Below are positions 45,223 through 58,870 of a stretch of 64,000 bases of DNA, one piece after another. Source of the DNA: Phoronis australis (taxonomy: Eukaryota; Animalia; Phoronida); NCBI GenBank assembly GCA_002633005.1, contig NMRA01000060.1:449030-513029 (forward strand). Direction: 5' to 3'. The notes under the pieces were generated by a model that saw only the letters and a program-made list of their open reading frames with translations, searched no databases and was not told the DNA's origin. Within the stretch, counting starts at the first letter, position 1. Every line of letters begins with the position of its first letter. The translations under genes were made by a program, and so were the position numbers.

Positions 45223-48200
45223 TAAGGAGCTGTTTAAGCCACGAAATCACACCTGTTTTCGCTAACAAATAATTTCATAGATAACTGGACTCAATCGAGA
45301 CTTGGTTTCCGTCACGGAAGACGTGTTGAAATAACTGTTTCATTTCTAGCAAGTATAATACAACCAGAAAGCTCAGGATCCCCCACTTCGACATGCGACC
45401 ATGCAATAAACGCCACCGACACGCCATTTTCAATTGTTGCGCTGGAGAGTTTTTTTTGTTGACACTAGAAGTCGACGCTATGAGAAATGTCTGAGAAGCA
45501 GTTCCTTTTGTTGGGGAAACCGTGTCATATTCAATGCACCCAAGCTCCACTAATATGCGATTTTCAGAGACCGAATTACTGTCGTATTTGTCTTTTTCTA
45601 AGCTGAAATGACGCTTTCCATAGGTACACGCAGGGTGATCGTGTAAGGTAGCTACGGCACAGAGCCAAAACGAGCCATCGTTGAAAATTTAGGAGCCACA
45701 CTCTATCAAAATGTGTCAAACTGACCATGAAACGAAAATTTCTGAAATGCTTGATGAGCACAGAAGCGTACCGTGGCCGAAATAATACAGAGGCGATTTG
45801 AGTCACGTCATTGAGTTTTCTTTTTAAAAATCGCTATTTGCAAGCTAATCTCCGAAGACTAAACTGCATTCGCTTATTTCCTTGCTAAAGGGTAAACATG
45901 AAGTATGTTACGCGTGGTTAATTCATGATCACATGATTGTAAACGATCGTAAATGTGTATGTAAACCAAAGTAGGCGTTCGTGTAGCTGCAAAGCGCTTT
46001 GTGACACAAAAGTAATGCATGTGTAGTGTAACCAGAATGTTTTCACTGCATTTAAAGCAAGTGAGCCGAGATGATCATGTCCTCAATCAACGCAGTTGTA
46101 CGCTACTCTTACCAAAGAGTGGGTCCTCAACCATAAAGTCAACCAAATGGAACAGCACATTTAACAATGTACGAGAAATTGAAGAAACTAAGATTTATAC
46201 TTGTAAGGAAACAGTGTGTAGCAACGCCTTGAACACCCACATGTTTACTATGATGTCTCAGTTATGAATCCTTATATTTTTTAAGGAAAGAGACCTCATT
46301 GTTCCGTTGAGCCTCACTCCAAATCCGCCAATGACGACATGTACTCAATTGTATCAGAGGCTATCGAGATTAGCGAGATTCAAAGTAAGGAAATTAATGA
46401 TACTAAGTTATTAATTGCAGCCAATCAGTGCTCTGAAACTATTTTAGTCTTAACTTAGACAGAAATAACAATGCTGTCATCCTATCACAGGTCGTGTTGC
46501 TGTTGTTGAACAATAGTGACGTCATGACAACATGAGACTTTCATTAACCAGTGGTGCGCAAGGCGTGGGTTCATGTATGCGGTGCAAAAGTCTCACTGAA
46601 CTGTGTTTGGACGTCACAAAATGTATAAAATTGCATTTCTCCCTATTTAACTGAATAATAAACGAAAATAGAATCACCAGTCTTTTTACGCATATCATAA
46701 AATCATAGTATTCCTTGCCGTTTATGGTGATAAGATTTCCAACAACATCCGACGAAGCCGCCAGAGACGCACGAAAATATTCTAGAGTTCAATGGAATTG
46801 GCCAACCCAAAAATCGTGAAATTAGAAGTTGCGACGGTATGCATGAGTTGCAGGCTCATTTGACAACAAATCTATTCGGTAATGTTTTGAATATTCCGAA
46901 GGACTTCGCTTGAAAATTCGATGTAGCTCAAGCACAGACGAAATATTTATTACTTAAGCACCTTTAGACTGCGTTATACTAATTATTATTTAAACTCAAA
47001 ATAAGGTCAAATTATGATATTCTAAAATGCCCGGTAATTTGTTCACGAGGTCTACAGATGTTAAAAAGACCACAGTGGAGGTGGTGAGTAGTGTTTCAAA
47101 TGTGGAACTGCGTTGTTTGATGGCGGATTGGTCGGAATGAATTTACCTCAACGCTGTCGATGAATCGGATTTTTTATCTATCTTCTCGTTGTCAAATTCT
47201 TCCAAAGACGTAGTTGTTTCATCCACTCACTGCTCGTACACATCTAAAAGATTTTCACCCATTTTGTCTCGTTAATGATTTTTGTAGGCTGCTTTGCATA
47301 CTCCATTGATATTTCGTTGTTTTCAGCGAATGAACGTCGCAACAACAACTCTCTCTAAAAACTAAAGGAGTAATATTTAGGTTATTTATGATGCAGTTTT
47401 ACTTACGCAATCATAACTGTTACCGTGAAATGGCCAGTGAGAATTTAAGGCACCGCTACATTAATAAAAAATGGCTCAGGGCCTGTGAGCATACTAGAGT
47501 TAGTTCAATTGATTACGATGGAGTTAGTTTGTCACTGCTTTGAATTCAATGTGAATTCCTTTTGCAACCATTATCAAGTGAACGAATTCGTCGGGAGCGA
47601 GTAAAACTTGTAAAATTCGCTTACGTTCGTTTCGTTATGGTGTGACAGACTGATTTTACGATGCCCTTGGGACACTTACAATGTTTGTAGACAGACGCAC
47701 CATGCAAACGAGGAAAAGTGCTTGTCACGGTATGAAAGGCGTATACAACTGACTTCACTTTCAGCTGAATATACATAGAAACAGGAAGGCATGCCTGAAT
47801 AAATTAGTATTTGGTGAAAGTGATTCACGTTTATAATGCCATCTAAATATTTATATTTTCGTTACAACTATAGTATGCACTTGCTCAAACCGTGTGCAGA
47901 TACAGCGCGTGTGACTTTCTCGAAAACGTGGCCTCGATCACAACACAAGGCACTTTCTTAGACCGCCAGTGAGCACTGGAAAACTTTTAAATACTGTCAA
48001 ACTGTGCGCCGGAAAATAGTTTCCCCCAAAATCGTTTGTGACATGAAATTCATTACAGGGGAGGCACCTTAAATTCAATCTTATCACAGAATTTAAATTG
48101 ACTTTATTGCAAACCACCGATTCAGTCATCTGTAACTAAGGGTGCCATTTAAAGCTAGTGAAAATGAACCCGCGACCCGATCGGATGTTGCGTTGCTTAT

Positions 48201-48384
48201 GTGCAGAAGCTAACTTTTGATTTAGACCGCTTACCGTTATCAAATTGTTCCTTATTGCTTGACAAGCTGGCTTACGACGTGAAGCTCGGTTAAGACTTAA
48301 CGAATACCAAAGCTTATTACCAAATGTGTACCCGTTGCATACATGTTTCGTATCTAATTAATTGCTGGTATTCCAACCAACTGA

Positions 48385-48600
48385 TGTGCATTCGTTGGGA
48401 CACTGTGTAGTCATCCGGACTCTAATGATGTAAGGTAAGATGGTGTTCTTTCGCACCCTTACTTATTTACTATTTATGTAGATGGTCTTAGTGATCGTTT
48501 GAACTCTTTGCTGGTGTTTGTCTCATACTTGGGTGAATCACCTCATCTATGCTGACGACATGGTGCTACTTGCAACCTCTACTGGCGGTCGTAATAAACT
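48385..48600 (+). mobile_element. Decayed non-LTR retrotransposon reverse-transcriptase fragment
   Basis: Translates with shifts and a stop as MCIRW..SNDVR*DGVLS/PYLFTIYVDGLSDRLNS/WVNHLIYADDMVLLATS, matching the LINE RT GVRQG..LSP.LF and YADD motifs. Confidence 0.85.
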
Positions 48601-48979
48601 ACATGTATTAACTGTCACTCCACAAGAGCACCAAAAGTTCGACTCTAGAGTTACCAACACAGATTTTGAAAAAAAATTGTGTGTACATACATCCTGGTAG
48701 GATATGTTCAAAATGTTTTTTCACATTTTGTTGCCTTGATTATCTTGAAGTATAAAGAAACTAGCTACAAAACATGAATGAAAAGCACAATTTATGCATA
48801 AAATTTAGAAAAACGTGTATCCTGTTGTGACACATAATCATATCTTGAACAAAAGTTGACATCCAAACATAAAACGATTTCAAAACAATTTCAACAGAAT
48901 TTAGAATATTGTAAAGTCAATTGAATGGGCACTTCACATTGAAAAAGATCGAGGATTCATAATAGTTATGGCACAAGCA

Positions 48980-49470
48980 CCGGGAAATTGTACAAAACCC
49001 CTTTTGTAGTAGTGTGTCTACAAATGTATTATAGTTAAATGTTCGCCGATGACAATGTAGCCGATTGAACAGGCTTTTCAATTCAGAAAAGTCGCCATGT
49101 TGTCTAACGTGAATTGTGAACACTTTAGCCACTCAATAAGTTACACCTGCGTGATTTAATTACGGTGTAAACTCTTGGATTGTACGGAATGTCAGGAAAA
49201 GATATGTATCACTAAACTTTACAGCTAGAATATTTGTGAAAATACTATTTTGAGCACTTTAAACCCGTAAACTTTGCCACTGATATCGCAAAATTGCCCA
49301 CCCGACTAAAACAGTGAATCAACATTTGACACACAAATAGCGATAACATTTGAAAGCACAACGAGATTTTGATATTTTTAATTTCTTTTTATTTCAAACA
49401 TTAATGCCTTTCCTGTGATATAGGCTTTTGTGTTCAAAGTGAGAAAACAATTTTAGATTCGACCGCTTTA
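48980..49470 (+). repeat. Dispersed repeat homologous to 34230-34760 (inside the Kolobok-like element)
   Basis: Shared collinear blocks gtagccgattgaaca, aattgtga.cac, aaagatatgt, gattttgata. Confidence 0.75.
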
Positions 49471-49752
49471 TACAGTCTCAAACTCTTAATTCAAAAGAAT
49501 TGTTTATAAATAATTATGGTCCCTAAAAGGTTGATTCCCAATGATTATAATTATTTTTTCTTGAAACCATTTTAAATGTAACGAAGTTACAAAAGTTTTC
49601 GTTAAAAAGTGTAGAATGTGCATCATTGGGTCATTTTTAGAACAAAAAAGGAAAAAGCCCATCCGAGAGATTTTTAAAATTTGTTCACATATCCAAGATC
49701 TCCATGATAGCAAGTAGCAGCATATATTCAAGAAAACAACAACGGTTTTAAA

Positions 49753-49798
49753 ACTTGACATGTTTCGGTGTCATTTATTAAACACCATCCTCAGAAGT
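49753..49798 (-). ncRNA. Minimal type I hammerhead ribozyme motif (Penelope-like element/retrozyme type)
   Basis: - strand reads ACUU CUGAGGA U GGUGU-loop-ACACC GAAA CAUG UC AAGU: intact core, 5-bp stem II, palindromic mini stem III, GUC cleavage triplet, 4-bp stem I. Confidence 0.75.
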
Positions 49799-52700
49799 CA
49801 TAATACAGTGGCCACCTAGCTAGGCCCAGCAACAAGTAATGAAGCACAGATACAGTCAGTTACAGGGAGTGACAATGAACTAGACCAACAATGACAACCA
49901 AGATCTGTCCATAAAGCACAGCGCCACAAACCGGCTTGTGGAAGCACTTGAGTGACACCCACGTTCAGCACTACAAAAATGTTTCCGGATCTCCCCTGTC
50001 ACATGATAAATATAGCGAAATCATTTGTATCACTTTTATTTTGTAGTACACGAGTTTTTCTCTCATCGCATGCAATTTACTTGTTTTTATATTGGAAAAT
50101 GCTGTTTTCGGTATGCAAAAACGTGACATCTTATTTGTAAACCTTTGAAGGCCTATAGGTAAAAACCAAGAAGCCAATAAGTGAAAAATTGGAAATTTTT
50201 GTGTCAGAGCTACATAGCGATGACACANGTTTACAACTGACCGATCTCGGATTATATAATGTTGTGTACCAGAACTTGATTGTACGGATGCTCTCATAAA
50301 GCTGTTTACAACTGACCGATCTCGGATTATATAATGTTTTAACAATTTGTTTAACAGCTTTTCATGTACAATGGTTAGATAATCACTGATGGGCAAACAC
50401 TTGAAAAAAATATTGAAATATTATTATCAATTATTGAAATAATTACGCGGCATCTCTTCGGACAGTGTGACAGTGTAGGAAGAATACCAAACATGCTTCC
50501 TTCAGTTGTTCCGGAAGTTTCGTTTTTAAAGAAATTGTCTAAAAATTAATTAAGAAGAAGGCGTAAAGTCTCCAACTAGCCTGCACCTACACTCAGTGCA
50601 CTAACGTACCTGCAAAATGTTAAAATCCTTATTGCATGATAACGTAATCGAATTTTAATTTATTAAATATCGTTCCAGTTAAAATGCTTTTTGAAGATAC
50701 TCCTACCGCTTTATTGTGGTTGAATGCTACAGAAACAGTTGAGTTTTTCTAATATCAATGGGTGTAGGAAAAACGAATAAATCAACTTTCAAATACAATA
50801 TCACCTAGTTATGAAATGACTGATCTGGTATGTCCTATAAATATCCTATGCAAACCCAAGAAGTGGTCTATCATCTGTATATAGAGAGCTGGCAGACCGA
50901 ACAAAAGAATGCAAGCAAGTCTGTCCAATAGAAAATAAAACCCTTACCTCAGAAGCGAGCTGAGCAAGAGAATTATACACGTAGCTTAGCTCATAAGGTC
51001 AATAATGGAGCCACCCTCGCACAATGAGCTGACCGGTTACTAACGTGCTCGACATTGATCGATGCAAAACCTTAGACACACAGATTTGTAGTTTTTGTTA
51101 AGTTTTTACAATCTTCTAAAAGAGGACATGTTCCTTGATTATGATTTTCAATTCCCAACGACGTGTTCTTACCTGTCTTTCAAGGCAACATAACATTGAG
51201 CACTCTAATGAAACACGTAGCTTCAGCAAAGCAAACTCTTTCGATACAAACTTCATCTATTCCTGTGTGGCGTTATCGTGTACATTACTACAAGTCAGCC
51301 TTGTGGAATGTATTTCCCTCAGGCTCGAAATTCTTGTTATGGAAAGTACTGAAATATTTGGGCCATCGCGTCAAACTTTGAAGCTCTGTGTATAGGATAG
51401 TCACTGACAGCTTGGCAAATGTGTCCGTTGCATAGTCCGTTCATTTTATTCAAAAGACGTATTTTAAGACGATTTTTTAATAATAATCGTCTACTTTACA
51501 CACCTAAAGTTAAGAACGGATTCCCTGGAAAACAAAAAAGGCTCTAGAGTGCAGCCAAAACGACTTTTCGATATTATTCAGATATCATTCTAAGGTACAA
51601 CAGTAGACAGAAAACAAAATATTGTAACATAAGTTCACGTCACATCTCAATGCATGGCACAAGATCTGTCAACTAAAAACTCTGAAAGTTCACTGAATAA
51701 GAATGGTGGAGCATACATGCTGGAGTCGAGGCAATTTTTAGTTAACAAATCTTTTACCATGCATTGTAACGTGAAGTTAACGTTCCCTTAAGATATTCCA
51801 TTTTCTGTCTACTATAACACATGGGGATGATACTTGGTTAATATTGAAACGTCATTTCCATGCTGCAGTCTAGCGTCGTTTTTTGTTTTCCGCATCTTAT
51901 ACTTATAGTTCTTGGTAGCGCTGGAAATGGAAATCTGGTATGCGTCAACTTGAAACGTTACAGTCAGTCAAACAATCCACATCTTAAAGCGACAGCAAAC
52001 TGGGTTTTGGCCTATTAACAGATATTAAAAACGACTTTTCTATCAAATTCTCCAATACAAAATAATGCTCTGTAACCCCCGACAACCCTTAATAGTTTGG
52101 AGGAAATTTTGAAAACTCATTTTAAAAACTGCTAAACAGGCAAGCTTGACTCACAGTTTTAGTGAATTACAAGGCAACTGTGGCCAAAGACCACCCACCA
52201 AGAATCATAATATCCAATCTGTGAGGTAGGGAGCGTGAGTTTGTAGTTGATTTCTGCTTTCATCGTTCAATATTGACTACACTTATGAATTAGCAAGTGA
52301 CAGAACGAGGATGGGTTGAAGTTTTCAAAACAAGATTTAGTATCCTTTTAAGTAAGAAGAGGTTTACAAGCCTTTCAAACTCGAACAAAGTCAGACTCAC
52401 AGATTTTGCTGTAGGTTTTCGAGAATACTGAACAAATTGTATTGACAATGTCCATTTGACCAACTCGGAATTCTATGTTTATTCCTAAACTCCAAGTTCA
52501 TGCACGACTAATGAAATAAGGCAAGCAAGGAACGTGTCCCATTTCGTCTAGCACAGCCTATATCAAAGTATCGTTAGTACGTAAGACCGCTCATGATTTT
52601 GTTAGTTAATTTTGTAGTTAACACGTGCAGCCATTCAATTATTCAATGCGTTCTCGCTTTGCTGACAAGCTTGAACCTCAGGTAAACTTTATTGTGTGTC

Positions 52701-53402
52701 AGATCTGTGAAAGCATAACGTCGAGGAAATATTCAATCGTTCATCTAGTATTCAAGATAAGAATGACAAGATTCATGATTGATTAAACAATGTTTTTCCT
52801 AGATCCGAGTAACATTCCAAGTTGAAGCACCAGCCAATCAAAACGTGGACCAGGGTTTTAATATGCTTAAAAAAGTCCCTGGTTGATCACTCGAATACGG
52901 CGTGAAATCAGTGGGGAATGACCACAGTGGAGGTAAGAAATTTGTCATTTGGTGCATAGTGGGCCTGCAAGGTTTTACCGGGTTAGTGAAAAAGAATGCT
53001 AAATCCTTAAAATTACGTTAGAAAAGACGAGGGTTAGCTTTGAAGGGAAATATATGCACAAGTTTAACTTGATACAAAGCATACACATTATAACTTCGTA
53101 CGGAAAATGACGAGCGTTTTATCGAATGGACGTGAAGGGAAGTGCTGTTTATGCTCTGCTGCGTTGACACGTGTTTGCTTAATAGGATCTAGCACATATC
53201 TCGTTGCGTATAAACAGAATTTAGCAGATAAATATGAAACATGAGCGGACTTTTTGATGCGACATGAGTGTATATAATGCTTGCCACACATATTCGTGAG
53301 TTGATTACCGTCTCATTCGTTACGAAATTCTAACGATTCTTACGTCGACGTCGGCAAAGTTCCATTTGACAATTTTCACTTCAGTGTGGTCAGGAACTAA
53401 AT

Positions 53403-53745
53403 AGGTCCGTTCCAAATTACACAGCGACACTCGGATATCGGTATATTTACCCACAACGCCGAAAACATCCGTCAGGTACATTTGCTGCCTCGTTTTCATG
53501 CCACTGTAGTTTCAAATTTTATTTGTCGTTGTCTGATTCTTAAAAAAATTTTCTCGGTTACAGTAATCTGTCCGTCCTTCCAATGCCAACGAAGTATTAT
53601 TGCTGTGATGTGGGCTGCAACTCCGATGTTAGAAAGTTTGATAAACTGGACAAATACCCGTGGATGCGTTATTTGAAATTCTTCGCCTTCCCAACAACTC
53701 CGGGACAAAGAAGAGTTCTGTCGCCGTGTAATGCGGGACGGCCCT
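53403..53745 (+). mobile_element. Internally deleted ISL2EU/Harbinger-group element retaining the start of a THAP domain
   Basis: Inverted ends ataggtccgttccaaattacacagcgaca / atagggccgtcccgcattacacggcgaca with AT on both sides; ORF from 53583 MPTKYYCCDVGCNSDVRK...KFFAFPTTPGQRR is a THAP N-terminus cut off by the right TIR. Confidence 0.75.
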
Positions 53746-56700
53746 ATTTACACATGTTATCGTTCAACGTAGACTTTAATCAGAATTAAAGTGCGACAAT
53801 AATGAAGTGCAAAAATTAATTTAAAAGTAACAAACTTCATCGTTTTTCACATCAACGTGTTAATTTATGGTGCTCCACCAAGAAAATGGCCTCCACAGCA
53901 GAATGAAGCAGAACTTCACTTTTTATGAAACAATCAAAATGATAACCGAGGAACAAGAATACAAGCAAGGCTGTAGCGTGCGAAAATTTTCATTTTAGTA
54001 CTACGAGGCCTTTGATTGATCAGTGACTCATTCCACCGGTGGAAACAAGGGAAGGAGTTTCTTTACAGAAAATGTGCAGTACTTCCTATTTAGATAAATA
54101 GCTGTGACTTTATTGAAGCCTGCTAGTCACGTGGAAACACAAGACCGATTACTTCCATCCTCATTGCAGCTGATGCAATATAAAAGTTAATTCTCTGATG
54201 CGAGCGAAGAGATTATCACCCCTGATATCGTTATCCCTTTATAGGACACATTTTCATTTCATTTTTTTAAAGAGTTGTCGAAGGCGTTTGAAATGCCAAT
54301 TACCCCATTTAACAAACATTCGATCATTGTCTTTCTCCTGCACAAAAGACTTTTATAATTGAAGCATTACGAGAAGACATTAAAACGTCTTCTCGTAATG
54401 CCTATCTTGCTCAATCATACACAGCTACACAGCTGGAATTATAATCTGCCTTTGGCATGTTCTCATACGCTATAATGAGATGTCTCCATCCGTCTTCAAT
54501 AATTTATTCATTCACAGCACTCAATGATTTTTGGTACAACGTAAATCGAGAGAATCAATGAAAGTGAACAAATTTAAACTCATTTTACTGCATTGCTTGC
54601 TTTCAACGTGTCACATCGTATTGTGTTACTAATTGTATTCAACAGTGGGGGGGAGGGGGAGGGGCACTTTGCAGTGAATATGGGGAAACAAGCACACATT
54701 CATACGAGTTCCGAAGAGGATGGGCGCTTTTTTGCAAGGAACATGTGGTGCATTGTCCCGTTATTTCTCCCGTGGTTGCGTTTAAACTTTAGAGGTACAC
54801 TGTAGCCGTACTGAAGCGCAGCGGACGGCGATGTACATTGTGCTTGCGTGTACGTGCGTGTGTACTTGGGTGCATGCGTACGTGTATTTGTATGTATGCA
54901 TTTCTTGAAGTTGGATAACTTCATCAGCACACGCATTTTCAAAGGATAAGTATTTTAATTGTCTTATTTGGGTGTTAATGTCCTGCTAAAATGTTTGTAA
55001 GAATATATATGATGGCGGACAAGTGCATGAACAAGCTTACCAGTTTGCTGTTTTCTCTTGTTGGCATTCTCTAGTTTTGGATTCACAGTTATCTACTGTA
55101 AAAGTTGTAATGCGTTTTGGCCAACAGTTTTAATAATGAGTAAATTTTCCATTCAGCTTAAACAACTTCAAGGTTAGTATAGAACCTTATCGACGAATCT
55201 GTGTATTTACAAAAATATATACTAAACTGTTACGTCACATTGATAAAAGTATATATTTTCTGTAAGCAAAAAGCCAGTAAAATTTATGTACCAATAAGTC
55301 GTTTGTTTGGTCAGGCAACTAAGTATTTTTAGGGAAATGTAGCAAGAAAGAAACGCACATCCACAGCAAAACAACGGCATCAATGACATTTACAAATTCC
55401 TTTTGATAGACACGTGCAAGATGAAATCTCACTAAATCATTGTTTTAGTTTTCTAAATTATCATTTTGTTTGATGCAACTTTTGAATCTGTTTTACAGAA
55501 GTCCTACTTTTGACAGTCCTTCATGTAAAAGCGGAAACATTTTAAAACTGCTAACAGCGTTTGGAGAACATTACATAAAACATAGTATCAAAAAGTTTCA
55601 CATTTCTGAGACATGATGTTTCGAAATTTCTCACTATAATGCTCTGACATTTTCCCATCGTGTTATTGAACACTAATGCGCCCATCGGCAGGTGTTAAGC
55701 GATCATTGTTTGTCAGTGAGAATGTTTGGGCGCCAGTGACCTTGGGCGCGTCCCTAAAATTAACAATACAAATATAGTGAGTGACATACGAATTGCGAAG
55801 AAGTCAAGATATCACCTGCAGTCACAGTGCACCCGCACAAGTAACCTATTGCGCTTGTACCAGGAATTGAAGGCTTTTCCCCAGAAAACTTGAAATGGAT
55901 TGCAAATTCATGATTTAAGAGACAGTACTACACGTATTCTCATTGGATTTGATGACGATTTAAATTATGCATGTCCCTCAGACNATGAAATAAGTCCACA
56001 CCCTCTCCTACAAAACCCAGGAATACTGCCAAAAGGATTATTTAGCATTGCTTGGCGTCGTCGGCCTTTTCATGTCAAATGCCACCACTTTGAATACCTT
56101 CTTTTAAACAATAAAACGTATCACTGTCTCATGTATAATTACTGACCCAACTGGAAGCGTTCACACTCTGTTCAGTAAACAAAAGCATGTTTCAATCTGA
56201 ACCGAGTTTTTGCTTAATGCATACACGAGTGAAAACTATACACAAGACGCACAGCAATGCCTATAACTTAACGCGACGTGCTTTTCATTCATAGATGAGA
56301 AAATCACCTCATAAACCATGTACAAGTAGAAACCCTTCCCTAGCACTTTTCAGGTCTTCAAACCTAAAAAACATTACGGCGTTTTCCCGTTGCTCCAAAC
56401 TTGTTCGATACTATAGCCCAACAACGAGTTGGAAAGATCACCCCTGTAGCCAATATCTTACACGACTGATTAACTCCATTCTGGCATTTATGGTTGGAGG
56501 GCCAGCTCTCTTTTGTTCGATAATTGCTCTTATCTCCGATCAGATCGTATCTAGCCTGACTGGGCTGTGCTGCTAAAAATGAAAGTTAAGTTATAACATA
56601 TTTGAACATAAACCAATAGCATTTCTGAATTCATTGTTGAATGCTGATATGATTTAGTTTTTGAATCACAACAATCGCCAACTACAACAGAAGTCAAGAC

Positions 56701-57234
56701 TATCCATTCTGCCAGGCTTCAGTAACCCTTTGAAGCCTGGGAGATAATTGGCCTGCTTGTTATCATACGGGACAAACGATTGTGCTGGGCAGTTAACAAA
56801 AGAGCCAGATGTTATCGCACGTTCAGAACCCCTCACGTCTGGAAAAGTTGCTGAACGACAGAACGCCGTCATGTTTGCCGAGTGTATCCTCGCCTTCGCC
56901 GCCTCAATACACAACTCCACTCTTAGGCTAGAAAACTATACGTACTACAAAATTATACAGCTTAGTAGCTGTAATATACGCAAAATTAATTTACCAACTC
57001 TTTGAATTTGACGTCGATTTGAGAGATATGACAGTTTGAATTTCCGAGCATCTAGATTTTATTTAGAAATCTGAACTTTTCTTGTTCAAAACTGATTAGA
57101 GGTAATATCACGGAATTCTTTGATTTACAAAATTATGATCAAGAACAGCACGCAACCTTTTAAACCTGTGATCGTTTTATTTCAATTTAATATCATTTAC
57201 AAATAAAACGTGTGTTCAGTAGTATATCCCTGTA

Positions 57235-58329
57235 CCGTATTACCCGGAATATAAGGACATAGTCCTGTAGTAGGATGTATAGCCTTACATTTGAGTATAA
57301 GGCCAGGGCCTTATAGCCTGGGTCATTTGGATTCTGGCGTGATCTCTTGAGCTTCAAAGATGCATCCCTCGTAAGCACGAAGTGTACAGTGAAGTTTGGG
57401 AGAACACGATACGGACGAACAGCCAGAACACTACGGTACCGTACCTACACAGAGGGAGAGGGAAGGTACGTATGTATTGGGTGTTACGTTCGCCATTTTG
57501 GAATCTCTGCGCGTGTTGTACCGATTTTTGCTTGATTTTTGTACTTACTCAAGATTTTTATGAAATCCGTCTAGTCACGCAGCATTTTGTAATCTTTGAC
57601 TTTACTTAAAGTTTCGGTCATGTCTGGCAAAACAAAACATAATAACTAGCGTAATACCCGAAATAGTGGTATGCCCTTATACTTGAATATATTATAAATA
57701 CGTGGCCTTGTTCGCTTGTTCAGTGTGTCGTCATTTTGACGTTTTGAACCCTGTCAAACGAAATTAGAATACCAAAATTGAAAACAATAATAATCACTAG
57801 ACCAGATTTAAGTACCTCTGTAATTTGTTGAGCATTTTGAAAATTATTACCTGGCCACGATCTTGGTCAAGTTCAATCTTTCTTGCTTAATTCCCCGGTA
57901 GCATACAAAGGATGTATATGTAACCGGTGTCGGAACAAACCGATTAATCCAAACCCGTAATTTTGTAAAACTTTCAAACGCTAAACTGCCCCAGTGGTTA
58001 ACTAAGTCGGAAAAATCCAATACCTACATTTTTTTTGAAAATGTGATGCCAGTGGCGGATCTAGGACACGATAAAAGCGAGGCCCAACATGTAGTTTTCG
58101 AGAATTGGGTAAAGCGCGATTGCGTGTGCTCCCTGCCCCCCCTTAAATCCCCTTATGAATGTGACTGCATTTTTAACATTATTTGTGGGTCCAAATCAAC
58201 TCATACTAGTGTCAGATGAGTCTTCACTAATGTTCGAATATTCTGTGTCGTTTGCCTTTTTAAGTGATATGAAAAAATGCATTATTTGGCCTTAGACCAT
58301 GGCCTTACTGTATCTTCCGGGTAATACGG
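57235..58329. mobile_element. pogo/Tc1-mariner-type MITE with a small nested CA..TG element (58050-58157)
   Basis: TA-CCGTATTACCCGGAA...TTCCGGGTAATACGG-TA; internal tataagg/ccttata subrepeats. Confidence 0.85.
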
Positions 58330-58609
58330 TACACAGCGCGTTTTCAAATGCGTAATCTACAGGAACACGTTGCAAGTTTTATCATCATTATGTCATTTTA
58401 CGGAAAGAAAACAACGACATCTAGAGTAGTATTCAGACACTTGTTAAATCCAACATGTCCGTGTTGGTAACTGTGTAATTCTGGACCTAAATCACAAAGA
58501 ATGAGCATAAACACAAAAGTAATTGGCAAAACATAAAGTTATGAATTTTGCACAAATACATGTAGTTGAAAGAGTTCGTGTAATTCTGGCACCTTATTTT
58601 TTATTTCGC

Positions 58610-58870
58610 CGTGGTGCAACACCTCACATCCGCACTGCAACTCCTGTCTATGCAGCACCTCACGTCCGTGTTGCACTTCACGACGGTTCAGCACTTTACG
58701 TCCGTGCAGCACCTCACAACCGTGCAGCACCACACATCCATGTAGCACCTAATGTGTGTGTTGCACTTCACGTCCGTTTAACACCTCACGTCCATGCAGC
58801 ACCTTACGTCAGCGCTGCACCTCATGTCCGTGCTGCACTCCAAGTCTTTGAAAGCTCTCACGTTGGCGTT
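58610..58870. repeat. 18-bp minisatellite (~14 degenerate units)
   Basis: Consensus gcagcacctcacgtccgt. Confidence 0.85.

Noticed and set aside
45275-45427. MACRWRLL...ILSFLVVLYLL resembling a type II membrane protein start
   Set aside because: Stops after ~50 codons with no good donor or downstream exon
50229-50338. ~35-bp direct repeat
   Set aside because: Starts at an N; likely contig-overlap artefact
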